From sequence record NZ_OX291475.1: a stretch of DNA of 64,000 bases; one strand, written 5' to 3'. A program made the translations under genes and the position numbers. The stretch is from a plasmid. Below the pieces are notes generated by a model that was not told where the DNA came from, did not search any database, and saw only the letters and a list, made by a program, of their open reading frames with translations. This document shows, in pieces, positions 60,972 through 64,000 of this stretch (position 1 is its first letter; the number at the start of each line of letters is the position of its first letter).

Positions 60972-62129
60972 ATGACGGATCTAGACAGTTTTGATTTCAG
61001 GGGCGGTCTTACCGCTGACAAACTCCGAGAATTCTTCGTTCACTGCTACCGCCACAACGTATCGGATATTCATCTGCAAAGTGGCAGTCCCATCGTTGTC
61101 GATCATCATGGTCGTAAGGTGGTCGCCGGTCAGTTCCCTCTGGAGCATGCCAATTTGGTTCGCCTGATTGATGAGGTATATACCCCGGATATCAAATCCC
61201 TCGTTCAGGGGGGGCAAGGGGCCGATCGTCCCCTGCAGTTAGAAGGTGACAATAATGGCCGTTTTGGGCTCGAACGCGGTGAGCGTGTCAGATTTCGGAC
61301 CAACTTCATCCAGGCGACGATCGGTGCACTCAATACCGCCATTGCCATGACTCTGCGTATCATCCCGTCGAACATCCCCATCCTTGAGGATATGGGGATA
61401 GAAGAGGATTTGTTCCGCAGCTTTTTACCGATGGATGGCATGGGGTTGGTCTGCGGCCCAACGGGTTCGGGAAAGTCCACGCTTCTGGCCTCTGTATACC
61501 AGCATTACGGAGAAACAAACCCTAACGGCAAATTGGTGACCTATGAGGATCCTGTCGAGTATTTGTTAAATAGCCCCCGATTGTTGCTGCGACCGCAGCA
61601 GTCTGAAATAGGACGCGATGTACCCAGTTTTGCCCACGGCTTGCGTCTGGCTTTACGTCGGGCACCCCATATTATCGGCATCGGTGAAATCCGTGACCTT
61701 GAGACGCTCCAGGCTGCAGTCGCTTGCGCCCAGTCCGGACACTTAACGTTAGGTACACTTCACGCCTTCTCACCCGGGCATGCGTTTTCACGCTGTGTCT
61801 TAATGGCGCCCAACGACTCACGTGAACAAATCGCCTTCGACCTTCTGGATGCCATGCGCTTTGTCGTTGTGCAACACCTGTTGCCGACGATCGATGGCAG
61901 ACGCCAGGCCGTCAGGGAATATGTGCTGTTTGATGACGACTGGCGCCACCGGCTTGGACTCGAACACTACTCACGCTGGCCAGACATGATCAACGCAACG
62001 CTACGGGAAAAACAAAGTCGGATCGCAGATCAAGCCTGGACGATGTTTGTTGAAGGCCGCATCGATAGCCGTGTCGCAGAAAGAGTGATCGGTTGGCGGG
62101 AGTTCACCGATAAACAACGGAGGCATTGA
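60972..62129 (+). CDS. traJ: DotB/TraJ-like secretion ATPase (PilT/VirB11 superfamily)
   Basis: Walker A VCGPTGSGKST; 385 aa. Confidence 0.75.
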   Translation: MTDLDSFDFRGGLTADKLREFFVHCYRHNVSDIHLQSGSPIVVDHHGRKVVAGQFPLEHANLVRLIDEVYTPDIKSLVQGGQGADRPLQLEGDNNGRFGLERGERVRFRTNFIQATIGALNTAIAMTLRIIPSNIPILEDMGIEEDLFRSFLPMDGMGLVCGPTGSGKSTLLASVYQHYGETNPNGKLVTYEDPVEYLLNSPRLLLRPQQSEIGRDVPSFAHGLRLALRRAPHIIGIGEIRDLETLQAAVACAQSGHLTLGTLHAFSPGHAFSRCVLMAPNDSREQIAFDLLDAMRFVVVQHLLPTIDGRRQAVREYVLFDDDWRHRLGLEHYSRWPDMINATLREKQSRIADQAWTMFVEGRIDSRVAERVIGWREFTDKQRRH

Positions 62130-62395
62130 TGGATAACGACTATTCCCCCTGGCTAGACAGTGGGCGGCCCGCCACCTTCTGGGGCATTCCCGTATTGGTT
62201 TATCTGGTGTTTCTTATCTGGGTCATTAGGCCAAGTCTGCCTATGTTCATATTTTGCATCGCCTTACTGATTTTTTACAAGGTGCTGGCCATCTTCGGTT
62301 ACACGCTAACGGTGCTATTGCAACGCCTGCTGCACCGGCTGCGAGGAAACATCATTACCGGGCGACCTTGGTGGTATCGAAAATTTTTTGAATAG
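62126..62395 (+). CDS. traK: IcmT/TraK-like small inner-membrane protein
   Basis: 89 aa, two hydrophobic helices. Confidence 0.45.
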   Translation: MMDNDYSPWLDSGRPATFWGIPVLVYLVFLIWVIRPSLPMFIFCIALLIFYKVLAIFGYTLTVLLQRLLHRLRGNIITGRPWWYRKFFE

Positions 62396-62537
62396 GAGCT
62401 GTGATGAAAGAACAATATGCAAAATCTGACACGCCATTGCTGGCCGGCTATTTACTCCAATCCCTGATATACCGCCCTACTCGCATTTGGATTGGTATCT
62501 ATTCGGGTAATGTCGACGAACTGGGCTGGGAGGGGAT

Positions 62538-64000
62538 ATGAAAGTCACCGAACCGACTTACTTGGTGATCCCGTTTGAGCAACTTAAAGAAGCCAAGCGC
62601 CAGGCAGGCAAACTTGAAAATGGCCAGAATGCCCTTGAGTTCGATGCAGATAAAAAATTGTGGTTCGCCAGACCCGGTGCTGACCTCAGTAAGTTGTCGC
62701 AATGGCGTACCGACACTGCTCTGGTGATGTCTGCACAGGGCGATCCGCAACAAGAATTTGGCGACTTTATCCGCGTCCTTGGGGGAAAACTCAGCGGGCC
62801 TCCTGAAATGGATGGAAAAGCTCACCGTATCGCAATGGATGATGATAAACCCGGGAAACAGTCAGGGGTTTATGTAGGCCATAAGGATGGCTTTGCCAAC
62901 GGCTGGTTCACCGACCATCGCGCGGGAGATCACCGTAACGTTTGGTCATCAGCCTCTGTCCGGCCAGATCCTACTGTTATTGCTCACCAAAAGGCGATAG
63001 CCGCTCAGGAGCAACATCGGCGTGAACAACGCAAGATAAAGGAACACAATCAGGTCGCACAGGCATCCGCCTCTCGTTACGCCCCCCTCAATCAGGCTGG
63101 CCATAATCATGCTTACCTGAACAAAAAAGGAGTCAAAGCCGCAAAAGGTCTCCGCTCAGAACGAGAAAATCTGGTCATTCCGCTCAGCAATGCGGCCGGG
63201 GATATCCGTACACTGCAAACCATCGCCCCCGATGGCAGTAAACGCCTCAGTAAAGGTGGCCAAAAGGAGGGTAGTTTCTTTGTCGTCGGTGGATCATTGA
63301 AAAACGGCAATCCCATCGTCTTTGCCGAGGGGTACGCGACTGCATCCAGTGCGGCAATGGCCCTTCAGCATCCCGTCGTCATGACAGTTGACTCCGGCAA
63401 CCTGGTAAAAGTGGCGAAAGCCCTGCATGAACACTATCCCGACAGCCCTAAGCTGTTTTTGGGTGATGACGACCTGCCAAAACCTAAACGCCCTGGTAAC
63501 CCAGGCAAAGAGAAAGCAGAAGAAGCCGCCAACGCCACGGGCGGCACGGTAATACTGCCAACGTTTACGCAGTCAGAACGCCAACAAGGCCTCACCGATT
63601 TTAACGATTTTCACCAGGCCCGGGGGTTAGAAGCATTAACGCAATTCCTGGCACCAACATTTGCCGCATTGAATGTCACTCAAGTGGAGCACACCGTGGA
63701 AAATACCCCCGTCGCTGAACCGGCACAGGCACCGGTAGACGATATGCCACCTCCGTCCATACCGGAACCAACCGAACCGAAAATCAGTACCAACGACGCT
63801 AAGATGGCAGCGTCATCCGATCCTGAGCCAGCTGTCACGGTCGCAGCATCTGCTGAACCTTCGCTGCCCGTCCAGGAGGACTATGCCGACTACAGCCATA
63901 TTATTGCAGAACTGGATGAACAGGAGACCCTGGAGTATTCACCGACAGTCCCTGCCCCAGCATCCATAAAGGATGAGCAGGAAACTGATGAAGCTAAATT
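62538..64000 (+). CDS. DNA primase with N-terminal DUF5710-like domain and Toprim motif (Sog/TraC-like), 3'-truncated by window end
   Basis: ATG at 62538 open to end of window; ..VIPFEQLKEAKRQAGKLENGQNALEFDADKKLWFA.. and Toprim-like ..IVFAEGYATASS..; Pro/Glu-rich linker. Confidence 0.5.
   Translation, partial: MKVTEPTYLVIPFEQLKEAKRQAGKLENGQNALEFDADKKLWFARPGADLSKLSQWRTDTALVMSAQGDPQQEFGDFIRVLGGKLSGPPEMDGKAHRIAMDDDKPGKQSGVYVGHKDGFANGWFTDHRAGDHRNVWSSASVRPDPTVIAHQKAIAAQEQHRREQRKIKEHNQVAQASASRYAPLNQAGHNHAYLNKKGVKAAKGLRSERENLVIPLSNAAGDIRTLQTIAPDGSKRLSKGGQKEGSFFVVGGSLKNGNPIVFAEGYATASSAAMALQHPVVMTVDSGNLVKVAKALHEHYPDSPKLFLGDDDLPKPKRPGNPGKEKAEEAANATGGTVILPTFTQSERQQGLTDFNDFHQARGLEALTQFLAPTFAALNVTQVEHTVENTPVAEPAQAPVDDMPPPSIPEPTEPKISTNDAKMAASSDPEPAVTVAASAEPSLPVQEDYADYSHIIAELDEQETLEYSPTVPAPASIKDEQETDEAK

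Noticed and set aside
62404-62541. 45-aa ORF (MKEQYAKSDTPLLAGYLLQSL...) between traK and the primase gene
   Set aside because: It has a plausible ATGA overlap with the primase start, but it is too short and featureless to call with confidence.

Overview
This 64-kb window looks like a mosaic segment of a large enterobacterial conjugative plasmid. No rRNA, tRNA or CRISPR array was recognised. All family assignments below come from reading the translations by eye; no similarity searches were run.

Layout, left to right:
- 1-5.7 kb: a run of genes all on the minus strand, typical of a plasmid leading region. It holds a partial ORF, a DUF1281-like ORF, a tandem-HTH regulator, a ParM/ParR-type actin-like partition cassette with an upstream palindromic centromere, two hypotheticals and an orphan amino-DNA methyltransferase. 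Three of these genes are preceded by copies of a shared GC-rich repeat (core GAGTGCGAACGGG), which may be Frpo-like single-strand promoters.
- 5.7-7.7 kb: a second partition system, ParA Walker-ATPase plus a ParG-like ribbon-helix-helix protein, flanked by TAATATTA palindromes.
- 7.7-12.5 kb: a decayed tyrosine-recombinase remnant, an intact tyrosine recombinase and several hypotheticals.
- 12.5-20.2 kb: an AT-rich accessory island. Its first gene is an 873-aa fusion of an N-terminal PHP phosphoesterase domain to a Rad50/SbcC-like ABC ATPase with a central coiled coil, bracketed by rho-independent terminators. Next come a two-gene small-protein module and three consecutive minus-strand proteins that each carry an Rx4H HEPN-like motif, one of them Abi_2/AbiD-F-like. 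This island is my best candidate for an undescribed defence locus.
- 20.5-22.7 and 41.2-41.6 kb: an SOS module of an SRAP/YedK-like peptidase, a perfect LexA box, umuD and umuC. umuC is split by an 18.5-kb nested transposon (22731-41247) with a 5-bp target duplication ATGCT.
- 22.7-41.2 kb: the outer Tn3-family element carries a divergent tnpA/res/tnpR module and a formaldehyde-detoxification cargo (frmR-frmA-VOC-frmB). Both of its terminal inverted repeats are occupied by an IS110-family insertion sequence. Its tnpA is in turn split, with a 5-bp duplication CAGTA, by a Tn21-family transposon carrying tnpR, HepT/MNT toxin-antitoxin, cupin and membrane ORFs and a full tnpA; both 38-bp IRs of that inner transposon are occupied by an IS4321/IS5075-like IS.
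- 41.6-46 kb: two replicons. One is an iteron-type Rep_3 initiator with a DnaA box, an AT-rich stretch and roughly 22-bp iterons; the other is an IncFII RepA-family initiator. A 70-bp element containing the palindrome TCGCAACGnGCCGTTGCGA flanks the Rep_3 module as a direct repeat.
- 46-64 kb: an IncI/R64-like transfer region. It starts with a GATC-rich palindrome and a long inverted repeat, then a NusG/RfaH-like regulator and a thin-pilus operon pilL through pilV. pilV has a low-GC C-terminus and no shufflon or rci. An acyltransferase follows, then Dot/Icm-type traH/I/J/K homologues and a Toprim primase that runs off the window end.
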